A DNA stretch of 64,000 nt from Bugula neritina (Eukaryota; Animalia; Bryozoa), in NCBI GenBank assembly GCA_964035545.1, contig OZ037767.1, forward strand, positions 23,266,628 to 23,330,627. Reading direction: 5' to 3'. The notes under the pieces were generated by a model, which saw nothing but the letters and a program-made list of their open reading frames with translations, made no database searches and was not told the DNA's origin. Made by a program: the position numbers and the translations under genes. This document shows positions 25,001 to 39,900 of this stretch, piece after piece. The number at the start of each line of letters is the position of its first letter. The stretch's first letter is position 1.

Positions 25001-28000
25001 ATAATTCACATACAGGTTTCATAATTCAAAGTTAACTTTCATACCTCTTAAGTTATATAAAAAATAGAATGTCTTTGTTGATACAGAAAAAGGCAAAATA
25101 AAAAGACTAAACATCAATAGTTTATCACAGAAGAGTGAGTAGCAGTGTTTAATAGAAGTATGAGCAGTTAACTTGAGTCAGGGTTGCACTACTCCAGCAA
25201 TTGAATCAACCAGGTGGAATATCATGCATTATAGTGCTATACATTACAGTAGCATATATGATAGTAGTATATATTACAGTAGTATATATTACAGTAGTAT
25301 ATATATTACAGTACTATATATTACAGTAGCATATACTATAGCACTATATATTATTACAGCATTATACAGTACAGTAGTACATATTACGGTACAGTATATT
25401 ATTATTACAGTACTATACAGTATAACCATCTCTATTTACCTTAACCTTCTGACATGACGTATCCAAATCAGACTTGGTGGTAAACTCAAGTTTCTCCGAT
25501 ATTTCCGAGTCAAACTCTGTGAGGAAAGTGTTGAGAGAAGTAATGTTGTCAACCAGATTGCAACTGTTAACTGTAAATCACAAGTCATCATTTAGTAAAC
25601 ATGTCCTGAACTTTCATACACATAACCTTACTACAATGATTACATGTTCGTATCTTCAGCTGTAAATTACGAATACAAAAAACCTTTACACTTAATGTGC
25701 TACTAACACCCTGTAAAGTTTTATACAAAGAGTATCTGCTTTTATCTAGTGCCAATAATAAAACTTGCCTAGAGCATTTTTGAGTAGTTTGTTCTGTGAG
25801 ACTGCCATGCCTTGAATCTCAGTCCATCTTTCATTCATTTTATCCATTTCATTGGTTAGTTGAGCACCGAATTCTTCTTCACTGCCAGCAACCAGAGTCT
25901 CACTGGTGTGGTTAATTTCGTCTACTATTGATTGCAGAGTCTCGATATCTGCCAGAGCTCCCTGTAGGAGATATCAGACTATCTCTACACCAACAGCATT
26001 GTGCAGACAACTACCACTCTCACATACAATGTAACATTTGAGAGATCGCAGTGTGTGGCCAGCAACAGAACCAGAATATTGAGTAAGTGTTATAAAAATT
26101 ACCAACTTACATCTGATTGGTCAATTTGAGCTTGTAAAGTTTCAACATCGCCGACTACTGGCTGTTCAACCTCGAGAAAATGTTCCATGTCTCCCATCCA
26201 TTTGGTCAAACCATTAACTTGACTCTATATAGTAATTTAGTTGTTGAGTAAATTTCCTCTAGTCAATTACATACACTGATTCATAGAACTCTCCCAACAA
26301 CCATACATACATTATATAAACATAATATATAATATACTTAAAATGCATTGGAGTATTTTTTATGGTAACTGTTTCAACCCCTGACTACTTTGCACACCTT
26401 TTAACCAGAAGTCATCCGTTCTCTAGCAGCAGCCTATGTGCTGCTAGCTAAATCATGTGATGTAGAGGATGTATTACATTAATTGTATTAAATTGAATAT
26501 ACCAATAGTAATATTATTAAAACATTTTATGACAATATAATAATAGTAATAATAAAACATATTATAACAATATACTGAGAATAATATTAAAGCATATCAT
26601 GATAATATACTAGTAGTAATAATAGTAAAGCATATTATGATAATATGGCCAACATATAACTGTCATCAAGACAAGACATGCATCTATACTAGACAAGTGC
26701 ACAGCAAGCACATATATTGTCAAGCATGAGAACCTAAGGCAATGTCACCTGACATACTGGGCAAGAGCCGCATTGACTTTCTGTAAGGTACAGAGTCTAA
26801 TGTTTTGTATGCAATATCAATTATGAAACTATTTTACATTTATATCGCAGCCACATTGAATAAACGTATTTTAATGCATGTATACAGTTCGAATATTACA
26901 TTACATTTAATTACAGGACTTTAATATTTTCAAACTTCATTCAACTTTTATTTGACATACTTGACACTAATAATAGGTGAATAGGTGAAGATATTTGTAA
27001 CTGTAGAAAAGCCCAAAGATCTAAGTACAGCATACAACCAATCACCATAGAGCGCAAAGAATGCCAGCCAACAGTAAAGTTGCTATGCTCACCTCAAACA
27101 CTTGTAACTTCTCAACTCCGCCAGTCAAGAAAGACAACTTCTCCTTGATATTATCAGAGACATGCATCCACCTGGTGTTGAGAGAAGTGAGCTGTACTTT
27201 TAGAGGACTCGTCGTGTCAAGGGAACTTGCAGTAGAGTTTCTCACAAACTCGTTTCCAGTCTTGTTCACGTACTCCACATCGGAAACATGCTCAGCTATA
27301 GCCTTCTGCAAGTCCTGCAACAGTCAACAGTTTCATCAAATGAGTCTTTAACAACATGCTTATAAATACGCAACCAAGGTAACAATCAATCTGGAGATGA
27401 CTAAAACATAATGTAATATATAGTAATGCTAGTGAACGCTTACTACTTGACAATTACTAATACTTACTATCTGACACTATCTGAAACTTTCTACTCGACA
27501 CTTATTAACTGACACTTACTATCTGACACTTATTATCTGACACTTACTATTTGACACTTACTATCTGACACTTACCACTTGACAAGAGGATCATGAGAAA
27601 TATGTGTTTCAGCACATTCAATCACATACATAGATAACCTAATCTATATACTCAACCTTATACAAAGAAATCTTTTTCTCCATTGTGTTGATATCCGAAA
27701 TGTACACTTTTTCTGATAAAACATCTTCGACTTCACTCAGCCACCTGACCAGAGCGTCTGTAGCATCCAGGTACTTTTTGGGTGGAGACTGGATTAGCTG
27801 TTGAGTTAATGATTGCATTTTGGTTTCTGTAACAGAAATTTCATTACAATGGGTAATGACCTGGTGAATGAACATATCCCAGAATATTAAAATGGCTCTT
27901 AAAACTTCAAGAGCCATTGAAAAAAAATGCAACTTTTGGTAGAAAAATTCTTGCAGACAGAAAGAACAAGATTTTTTGTTGAAATTATTTGTACTAAGCC

Positions 28001-30868
28001 ACTTCCTAACAATGCAACACAATCCAGAGTTTCCTTGGAGACCCAGGTATTTAAAAAATACTTAGATTTGCAGTCAGCCAGTTCAAATAAATCCCTAATT
28101 TTTCAAGTCCATTTAATAGTTGAAAACACGACGCACCATATAGATTATAGTAGTTCACAAAACATCGCACGACACACCACCAACTCGTAGTAGCAGCAAC
28201 CACCACACATACCAACATGATTATTACAACACATCCTTTAATAGTCAGCAGTGTGTTTTAAAATTCAGTTGTGTTTTAATACTACATAGCGTGTTAACAC
28301 CAAGCAGTATGTCAACACTACAAAATGTGTCAACACTGAGTATGTTGTATGTTACACGGGTATCACACACTAACCAATCTGTTCAACCACTTGTTGCCAA
28401 TCGTCATGGAAGTCTACAATGCCCAGTTTCAGCTCCTTGTCTTCCGCTATAAGACCCACATCTCTCATTTTATACAGTTTATCTACTCTTTCCTGTTGCT
28501 GGTGTATTGCTTTGACTTTCACCTGCAACAAAGAGGATGAAGTATCTTTAGTTGAAGTTTAGTGAAATTTCAACATTAGATCTATTACAAAAAGCATAAT
28601 AAAATTATAATAAAGTTATATAACTGAGGTTTTGACGATAGAATGAAATTACTGTCAGGTTAAATCATATTGGAAAAATTTCAAAATCTGTGTGCAGATG
28701 TAATAGCGCTTTGGGTAGCAACAAGATAATAACATCAGCATTTGGTTGAGTGCTCAGCTTATTTCTAATTGCTATTGTTAGTTGTCATCTTTTTATTGGT
28801 ATGTATAGTTTTTTTCGACTTGTAAAATCCAACTATACTGCAATTACTAATGCTCTGGACACATTAAAATTTCTATTTTGTGCTATTGCAATTCTATTTC
28901 AATTTATAATTATAGCAATCAAATAAACATTCATTTTGTAAATTTAAAAAGGTTACAACTTTCTTTTTGTAGGGTTATTATGAAAACCTACGTTGCTAAT
29001 TTCAGAACTAGAAATGGACTGTACATTAACAACACTCACTCTACATTGTTCATTGCGTCTACCAATCTCTGTGGCATCTAGGTTCGTCACGTCTAGGGAA
29101 CAGCTGGCCCAATTTTTATAACCGACCAGCAAGTCTTTCAATGCACTGAGTTCACTGACGGCCTGAAGAAGAACCAAGTCAGTAGATGAACCTCTAATTG
29201 ATGTCAGCACAAACATAATGAGAGGATAAATCTAACAGCTCACTACCCCCTGCCTATTATACACGGTCTACTACCTCCAACCAACTACTCCCAGCTCACT
29301 ACCCCCAGTCCCCTACTCTCAACGCTAAACCCCCAGGCCACCACTTTGTGCTATTTACTCCCAGCCTACTACCCCCAGCTTATTGCTAAGAATCTGTATC
29401 ACTCTTGTTTCACATGTCAAATATCAGGCACACGTCATAAATGTGTGAAATGTAATGGCTGTATCGGTGTAACTTAGCAGCATCGCAACTCTATGGCCTG
29501 ATTGTCAGGCTGATTTACAGTTTCTGTAGATTACAGGTCATGACCTTGAACTTCTATGATACGAAGAGTCATAATCACGGGCTTTCCATGTACCGATCTC
29601 AGATCGATCTCGCTGAGATCGATCTGAGAAATGTGCTCAGATCGATCGTTTTTCCATGAGGGTGTCAGATCGATCTCGCGAAGTTGCCTCCTCTTAAGTG
29701 AAGGAAACTTTAAAAGTATAATTTGTTCACCTATTTGAGTGATTAAAGCTACTACTGTTGAAAACAAGATGGTTGTAGTCTAAAATTTAATCCCAGCTAT
29801 AAACTATGCGCAGCAAAGCTTTCAGTGTATGGTAATTTGGCCAATTTAAAATAATTATTTTTATTTTTTTAGCTCGGCAGCTTATATAAAATTAACGGCT
29901 GTCTTGCAGATTATTAATAAACTTACAGGACTGTTGGGCTTAAAATTACAAAGAAAATAGCTAATGAAACTAAGTTTTAATAGTCATTTAAATTCAATAT
30001 AAATTCTCCCATTTTTTTACCTTCTACTGCATATAATTAAGTTTTCTTAATCATTTTACTGAAATTCAAAGTTTTGGCATCTGAAAAGGTGGCTATCATA
30101 ATTATTTATTACTTTGCTTAGTAATTATCAATAAGTTAACATTTTTATTAGCAGACAACATTGTAGCGCGCAGTCTTTTTCCACTTCTCAGATCGATCTG
30201 GCGTCTTTCCATGGTCTTATTGACACGAGATCGATCTGAGTTCGAGCTCTACAGACCGACCAGCTCAGATCGACGGAGATCGATCTTTGGTGTCTTTCCA
30301 TGGATCGATCTCGCTGAGATCGATCTGAGATCGGTACATGGAAAGCCCGTGAATGTGTATAAATGTACCATGGCTTCTTTAAAACCACTAGAAAAGCACA
30401 TCACAAGTAGAAAACTACAAGGATATGGTATCTATACAATACTTGTTTGTGCTGCACTTTGTCCTCCACTGCTCTGGCTAAATCTTTCAGTCTACTGTTC
30501 ACTGTGACCCACTTTTCAGTGAGATCCACTGCCAGCTTCACATTTCTCTCTCCTGTAAAGTAAATTGTTTGTTACATATATAATATAGTACACATACTAT
30601 ACTATTACTCAGTGTGTTACATATATAATGCAGTAATATACTCTTTGTGCTATGTATATATACATACCTAAGTCAACATTATACTCTTTGCATAGGATCT
30701 GCAGTCTGTCTATATTATTCTGTATGTCTACAGCCTCTTCTTGTCTGTCAGTTAGTAAAACTAATTGTTCTTCTAGAGTGAGTCCACTTGTTTCATTGTC
30801 ATCAGTTTCCTATGACAAGAATAATATAATATTGAACAATTGGTAACAAAAAGTGTTACTGCAAAAAG

Positions 30869-30957
<89 letters not shown>

Positions 30958-33900
30958 GAAATAAAATGAGATTTGATTAATATAATGGCATTTATTACTA
31001 GTAGTTTCGTACACAAGAACGATGTGCACTCGTCAGATAAATTAGCCACTAATATATATATATATATATATCCCAATCACACACTTGTATATCTTGACAA
31101 TGCAGATATCAAAATTTTAGATGAGCATACAGCATTTTTATGTAATATTATTATGCAGGTTACTAATAGGTGCAGACCATACCAAAACTTGAAAAGAGTA
31201 TACAACATTGATATGCTATAAGACAAACTATAAGACAACTGAAGAAGCTACATTAAGTTTATATAAATTTCAGTTGTCTGAACTCATTATGAGAAGAGTT
31301 GTAAGAATTATAACCTGGTGAGCTAAACATTCATTTTAAAGTGCTGTACAATACTTAATAATTCATTTTAAAAAAAAGTATACAACTCTAAAGCTTAGTC
31401 TATGTTTACTAGATGTTCATAATCATGTTAATTAAGGCTGCATTATAGTATAGTGCACTAGTAACTTAACTCATACTAGTAACTCAACTCACACTAGTCA
31501 CTCAACTCACACTAGTAACTCAACTCACACTAGTCACTCAACTCACACTAGTAACTCAACTAACAATAGTCACTCAACTCACACTAGTCACTCAACTCAC
31601 ACTAGTAACTCAACTCACACTAGTCACTCAACTCACACTAGTAACTCAACTAACAATAGTCACTCAACTCACACTAGTCACTCAACTCACACTAGTAACT
31701 CAACTCACACTAGTAACTCAACTCACACTAGTAACTCAACTCACACTAGTAACTCAAGTAACAATAGTCACTCAACTCACACTAGTAACTCAACTCACAC
31801 TAGTAACTCAACTCACACTAGTAACTCAACGCACACTACTAACTCAACTCGCACAGTCACTCAACCCACACAGACACTCAACTCTCACTAGTAACTCTTC
31901 ACCTACCAGCAACTCGTAGGCGCTTTCAGATTTGTCAATCCATAAAGATATTTTAGTCTCCAGTTGCTCAAACTCTTCGACTGCACTCTGCTCGGTGACA
32001 TCTGCCATGATGTAGTTAGAAGATACACTCGACTGGGCAATCTACAGCATCGAAAATTGAAAATATAGTAAACTAGATGTATTAATATATTATTAACATA
32101 TACTAATATACAACAAATTTTACACCTCATGTATTATGCTGCCAAAATAAATCCGAAGCACTTAGAAAACAATTCAATAATCAAGCTGTATTATTTGCTC
32201 CTAACCCCAAATCTCTAACCCTTAACCCCTAACCTCAAACCCCTAACCCTAAATCTCTAACAGAAAGAGTAAATATTTCAATTGGTACATGGAAAGCAGC
32301 GTGTCTAATTAGAATATTAAAACGAATATTAGGTTAATGTTTTCTGTAGTCAATTTGTTGCTTATTTAACCAATTGTTAATTTGTAGGTTTCGTAGACTC
32401 CAAGATTCAACATACCAGACTACTCTGCTGTTCCATCATCTGTACAACAGTGTCCCACCGCTGTTTGTACGTCTCCAACGTCTGACGTATTTTCTGAGCA
32501 GTGTGAGGAAAAGATGGCAGGTAAGACACCAACGCTTGGCCAACATCGTTTAGTTCATCGTATTTATTCATTTGAGCACTCAGTTCCGTCTCAATAGCCT
32601 ACACAGATAAGCAAGTGAGAAAATATAGAGAAAAACTATACAGCAAAACTATACAGTACAACTATACAGTAAAACTATACAGTAAAATCATATAGTAAAA
32701 CTATACAGTTAAAGAGTACGCCGTAGAGTAAATAGCTATTAAGTAGATGGGAGGCAGGTGCTGTAATGGAGAAATGAGGAAAACCTGTATTCTAGATGAT
32801 ATCATATATTGCAAAAGAAGTTATGTTTTTGTGAGATTTTCAATCAAAATTCATGAAAGCATTTAAATACGCTATAGAAATTTCCTTGTTACTGCACCTA
32901 GATATTATACGACCTTACCAAATAAAAGTGCATTGTGAGAACATACTCAAAATTATACTCCATACACTTAATATAAAAATTCAAACTAAAGTAAGAGAAA
33001 AGTTCCCAAAGTAGCAGTATCATGACCTAAAAGTGTGTTTATAGATCCTAGATACATGCTTACAAAAATGATTCTCTGTTTTATACATCCATATTTACCT
33101 TAAGTCGCTGGACTTGGTTTAGAAGAACTGCAGGATCAGAGATATCAGAAGATTTCATCTGGTGGAGCACAGCCTCTTGTGCGCTGAGCCACTGGTTGAA
33201 AAGATCGGCCTTGCTGTGGTACAGCCTCCATTTGACGTCCACGTCCTGCAGGAGCTCCCATTTGTTGGTAATCCACTGACAAATTACCGACCACCGGTTG
33301 CTCAATTCTTCTAGCATCTTCTCCATTGACTGGTATGCTGTAAACACACCTCAACTGTACAAGATACCTCAGCAAAAGGTTTAACACTTGCTGAAGTCTT
33401 AGCAGATTTGATGAGCGCAGCTACTCCATATTTAGGTGCCTTACTTGGGCCTAGAGTAGCAGTGTGAACAATGTGAAGGTTTTTATACAAGTAGTGGGTA
33501 AATAAGAATATAATATAATATAAATACTGTTCTGGAGAAACTGAACAAGTAACAAAGTACATCAGTATTCAGGTTAATCTCAACACATTAATGAGAAAGT
33601 GCATTGTCTACAAGAAGTTAATAGTTTATATATAAAAATGTTAAATAATAACTACGGATGGCATGTTAAGAACTAAATTTAAAACTAAAATAGGTAAATA
33701 TCTATTCACCATGATTTAAAATATTAGTGGACACAGACAACCTCAGCATAGCTAACATTTTGAAGCCCAAAACCACAGCTCACTAAGTACTCGACAGGTC
33801 AAATTTCCATGGTTACAAGTTCATGACATGTTATGTTTCCTTGGTTACAAGTATATGGCAGGTTTTGTTTCCATGGTTACAAGTATATTACAGGTTTTGT

Positions 33901-36900
33901 TTCCATGGTTACAAGTCCATGTTAAGTTGTACGGCCAGCAAGCAATGTTAAAATTGAAAATTATTGATATATGGTGCCCTGTTTAGAATTCTACTATTTG
34001 GTTACATTATGTAAAACGAGTAAGGGAGAGGTAGACAGGGTAAACACAAGCACGCCAAGCAAGGTCAAAGGTTAGCAATAGGGAGAAGTTTACCAACCTG
34101 GAATACTTTCTCTGACTGCACAACAAGACACAGCAACAAACTAAATTAACACATTGGCTGCTATATGAGTAGATGGTAAGAAAGTTCACACAGAATCAGC
34201 AGGTTCACTCATTTAAACACAGGAAGTTGATTGTACATATCGAAAATACATACTACTCTAACACTATGGCAAACCTCAGTTATTCTCTGATAATATCCCC
34301 CATTACATAGCAACCACGTACATTCCATTGTAAAAGCATATGACTAAACTAAATCGATCAACAACCCACATCTGAAATATTTGTTGCTTTCTTAGAAAAT
34401 TACTGAAAAGAAAGTTACAAGAGGGAGAGAGAGAGTAAATAGTAAGTGCCTAAACTATGAGTCACATGTACACACAACAAATTTAATGCAGCCCTGGCTA
34501 GATAATTACTAAGTGGTAAGATATAGTAGCCATGATTGTTTAGTCACAATACAAAGATCTGAACAGCAGTTAGGAAGATTTAAGAGCATATTAACATTGA
34601 AAGTATTCTTTTAACATTACACTCAAATCATTAGTCAAAATAATTTAAAACTAATCAAAATGTATAACTGGCTATTCGGGTTTTAATAATTAATTTGTTA
34701 TTTAACTTCGTTTAATTCTATGTTAAAATTTAAAAGATTGTATTTCAGTTAGGTGATCATTTAACAAATTGTCTCTTCCAATTACTTTGTTTTGTAATTA
34801 TTTTACTAATTGAATACTAAAATTTAAGACCCATGAAAAATTTCAAGTTTGAATAGCTGAAATGGCACACTAATAACCCTTTCTGTTTCAAGACTACAGC
34901 AAAACTCTCTTAAAATTAAATTATGCATAAGTTACTCATCCACACCAGCAACTGTAGGGTAGGGGGCGGTGTAAACCCACCCAGCTCACTCAGATATACA
35001 GTGCACTGTATGTATATAAGTATCATACTTGTATCTTGTACGCCATCTTCTACTATCACCACCATATTCTGGAGAGAGACAACTTGATCTTCCTGCCTGG
35101 TCAATGAGTTCTGTAGTTCCTGATGTTTTTCTACACATCTAATCAAAAGAAAATGTACAAACTTGAATAAATATGCAACAAAATACAAGACAAATACATT
35201 ATATTATAAAATAGAAGACACCACTATGTGTACATTATCCATAACTTAAGTACAGATGCTGTTATCATGACATACTCTGAATTTTGATTTGATAATAAAA
35301 CTCAGAATAACGCATGTATGAGCATGATCACCATCTTGCAGCAAAAGGTCAATAAAAGCAAAATATGCAAGCGACAAGACTGACAGGTGATTTTGACATT
35401 CCCATCTCGCTGTTGACACTTTAGTGACAACTTATGACAGGTTAGTGAAGTATTCAATGGTATAGCGCATCACTACCTCTGAATGTTCTCTAAGTTATCA
35501 ACTTCACAGTTAAAAGATTTGATTTCAGCCTCCATGTGAGTGAGCCAGCTTTCTAGATCTTTGAGTTGATTAATTTGTAGCTCCATCAGAGATTGTTGGA
35601 GGCTAGACAAACAGACAGACAAACATTATGGACAGACAAGCGTACAGCCAGACAGGCATGCAAATACACGGTTGTAGGGAATCTCCGAAAGTCTAAGTTG
35701 ATGAGGTATGCAACAACGAGAAAAAGTAGCTAGCTTTTCTGGAAAGAATTAACATGCATGCAAAGAACTACTAGTAAAACAAGACATTTTCAGTTTTACA
35801 CCAGTTTTATTTACCAGTTAGCAATTTAAAATGTAAAAATGCCAAATATTCAAACTTTGTGAGCAATCTATAGCAGCTCATCAAACTGATAAACTATCAA
35901 ATTGCTGTCAGAATTCAGCTGGAAATACATCTAATTTGTCCACACTACCTGGTTTGTCGAACCATAGCACCGACTCTAAGCTCCTCCCACTCTTGATTAA
36001 GTAATTCAACTTGATTGCGGACTTTCTTTTCCTGCTCAGAATTGAGGTCTCCGGCCAATAAGAGTGTGTTTCCTTTGTTAATGAGATTGCCGACATTCTC
36101 CTGGTACTGCGTTAGTTCCACCATAAGTTTCTACACGATATTTGTATATATATAATATAATTATAATTATAGTTATATTTATACAGGCATAATTCACTAT
36201 ATCCACAACATTGTTTACTGTATATTAATTACTGAGGGCAGTACGCTCGGACCAGTAGGCTTTTATTCTATCAACTGTTGTGAACCTAATTTTGATTCAT
36301 TAATTTAATTCAGCAAAATAAAAAACTAAGAAAATATATATAGCTCTGATAAAAATTATTTCACAGCATGAGAGCTTCCACAGAAATGGTAAATATTGTT
36401 TCAATTTTTCCAATTTTCATTTTTTCAATATTCTTCCATTATCACATATCAATTAAATAATATCAAAACACTTTAGGTATTATTTATAAACAAACCTCAT
36501 GCTGTTGAAACTGGTCCTTTACTGTTTCAACATCTTCTGATATAGCATCCATTTTGTTGAACTTGTCCTTAGCACTGTGCAGCCATGTTCTAGTGGGTTC
36601 CAGGGCCGCAGTAAATGAGGCATGGTTGGTCAGAGAGCTCAAACCACTGGCGCTGGTCACAGACGTGATGTCACTTTGATTGTCATGAGCATAAATGAGT
36701 TCTGGATTGTTTGACTACAACATGGAAGAATATATTTAAACCAATATGGCTTCTCTTCGTTTATTCACTACTAAAAATTATTTCATGGACAAGCACTTTA
36801 GAAATCTTCTTTAAAAAAACTCAGTTTTTAATAATTAATACAGGAATAGCTGTGCTGAATATTACAATTATTCATTCAGAAATGCATTTTCATATAATTA

Positions 36901-39900
36901 ATTGAGAAGATAACTCTAGTAGCTTCTTAGGGCACCCGACTATGATGTCAGGATATATGAGCCACACAATGCAGTCAGCACAGTATGACACCAACAGCAC
37001 CATTACTAAATAAAGAGCTGCTAATTAATAGAAAGCTAACCAGCAGGTTTCCCGGTACTAAACAGTTTACCGTTATAATGCATAAAAGCACAAGCAGGGA
37101 GAAAATAATCTTAAATAAAAAATATAGGAAGGCTAAATGCTGCAACCAAATTAAATTAAACTAAAATATGGACATTTCAGTTTTAAAATTTTCAATCATA
37201 GAGGTGACAGCTGACAGTATTCTGCCCATACAAATACAAGTGCCAGCAGCAGGGAGTAGATAACCCCACAGCAGTGCCAAAACACCCATATTTTGTGTAA
37301 CTTTAATAGACAACTCTATATCAATACCAAAACCTGTACTCCTACACTAATTTAATACTTTCAGATGGATACAATTTTTTCTATGTTAGTCGCAGTGCAT
37401 ATAAGCATGTAGTGGAAATACTATATATGACTAAGACTAAGAACCAAACTTCCACATGCTATAATACCTGATTGGTTATATTGGGTGTAGATGACGCCTG
37501 CAGAGGAAACTGGACAGCTTCCACCTCCTGGCCGTTCTGACCGGGTTGCTGTGATGAGTAAGTGTTGGTAGAGGTAGAGTTTTGAGTATGAGGGAGATTG
37601 TCTCTTGTACCGGTTAAGGCAGCTGAAGTTGAGTCTAGATTGGAAGCGGGGGAACTGTAGGACGTCTGAGCATTCACAGGTTTCACGGGAGAGGAAGACA
37701 CACTTGTATTCTGATTGGCTGAGGCTGAGGGAGGCGCAGAAAACGCCTCGTAGAGACACGTGAGGTAGATGAGGACAGATTTCTTGTCGGGTTGAATCAT
37801 GTCTGTATCAGCACATTATAGAGCATGTATTGATGGGATATTGACTGTATCAGTGTATTACAGAGCATGTATAAATAGGATATTGACTGTAACAGTATAT
37901 TACAGAGCATGTATATCACAGCATATTACAGTATATTACACCATAACATCCCGAGTATCATGGTAAGTATCATTTTAACAGACAGACTTGTCTCAACGTA
38001 CATTATTGGGAAAAGCCAATAAGATAAAATTAGACACATTATAAAGTTGCATACTTGTCTTATATTAGGAGGAAACTGATATTTCCAATTTTGCATATGA
38101 TACAATATTTCAAAGCTAATAGTGAAAGGTTAAAATGTTTAATAAAAAGCAAGTGTTGGTATGTAATGAGTGGTGGTAGTGGTTTACAGTTTGTTTGTAT
38201 GTAACAAGTGGTGGTAGTGGTGTAATGATACCTTCGGGGTCCAGGAGCCGAGCGATGTTGAATTTCTCCTCAGCCAGCTGGAAGGCATGACTCAGCAAGG
38301 ATTCTGTAGTCTCAGCCTGGCAGAGTTTCTCGTAATCAAATAATTCTGGCATGCGACTAAAAGTGAGAAGGAAACATCCCTGATTTGAAAAGTTTTCAAT
38401 TGACAACGAAACTTACAAAAAATATTGTTTTATAGCAAGAAAAATTCTAATATCGCATGTATCTCTGGTTTTGAGTCTAGTTTTTTACAAATGCAGCTCA
38501 GCAACATCTGTATTTCGACAACTGATGAACACATAGTCCAAGGGAATTGAAAGAGAGTCAAACTAGGCGATAGACTGTGACAGTGAGCACACTTTATATC
38601 TCTACATAAAATATCAGCTCTGTCTAGGCACAGCAATCTACACAACCCTAGTTCTTACCTGTTAATCAGAGCATTAAAAGCAAATCCATCGGACCATGAA
38701 GTGGTGAAGTTCTGAATTTTGACCTTTTTATAACCTTGAGTTGAGGCTCGGCACCATTCTAACAAAAACTTTTCAAACCCTTCCTGGCCAGATGATGACA
38801 ATAAGCGTACTGACGCCATGGCTCGGTTCACCTGAAAGGTTGATACAATTAGAATACCCACCTGACCATGGTGATGAAAGGTTAACAACATGAGGAATAA
38901 CTTACAAGGTGAGTTGCCTCAAGTTAGTAATTATTAGTGATCTTAAAAGTTGCATAGCGACCTTGATTTAATGAAGCATTATAATAATTACATCTTTATC
39001 ATTTACAAAAATTACTTACAACACTAATAATGCTACTTGGCATTATAAATTGATAAAGAGTGTCATAAGAATGTTATATTTCCATGAATTCCAAACGATG
39101 CCATAAATTAGAAAAGATAACTCACCTGCCAATGTAGAATAATACTCCATACAAGTCCCAGGATCAGCTTTCCACTTCCATTTACGATGTCATCACTGCA
39201 TATGTTCACCAAACGGATCTTCAAAGGGGAAATAATTCCTCAGCACACAAATATCATTGGTTTACAGAAAGATTTTAATCTTACAAAACAAGGTTTAAAG
39301 TTGCAAAGTTATTTGAAGATAAAAAATCTTGCCCACAGCAGCTGTGAGAAGCAACACACAGTGAAAGTAATCAGATGAATGATTGAGTTAAACTAATGAC
39401 TTTTGGAGAAGCAAAATTAGCCACTCAATAGACTAATGGATTCAAGACCAGCTGCATAGAACATGCATATACATGTATGTGAATATGCATAAATAAGAAA
39501 GAGTTGGGATATACTGCATCATATGGGGGACAGGAAGGTGGTATATCTATCTACCCTCAGCACTTACTCTAGTTACATCCTGTGATATTAGAGTATGCAA
39601 GGCGTTATTATAATATCAGCTAAATTACCATTCTATCATGACCATGATTATGGTATTAGATACTGATCAAATATTTAAAGCATAATAAAAAATAATGTTT
39701 ATGTATATGTTTAATAAGATAATACGATTAGTAAGACAAACTTATACATTCGGTGACGATTAACCTTCAAATATCAAAACTTACAAAATAACAAAATTTA
39801 AAATTTATTTATTTTCATTATAGACCAAAACTTTTATGGCGCATAGTAAAGCACTAACTCTCAAACCAGGGCCTAAATATTGATCACTTAAAGTCACAGT

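Noticed and set aside
29531-30507. Short ORFs across the MITE ends (possible transposase)
   Set aside because: They arise from the GATC-rich TIRs; no DDE-like coding sequence.
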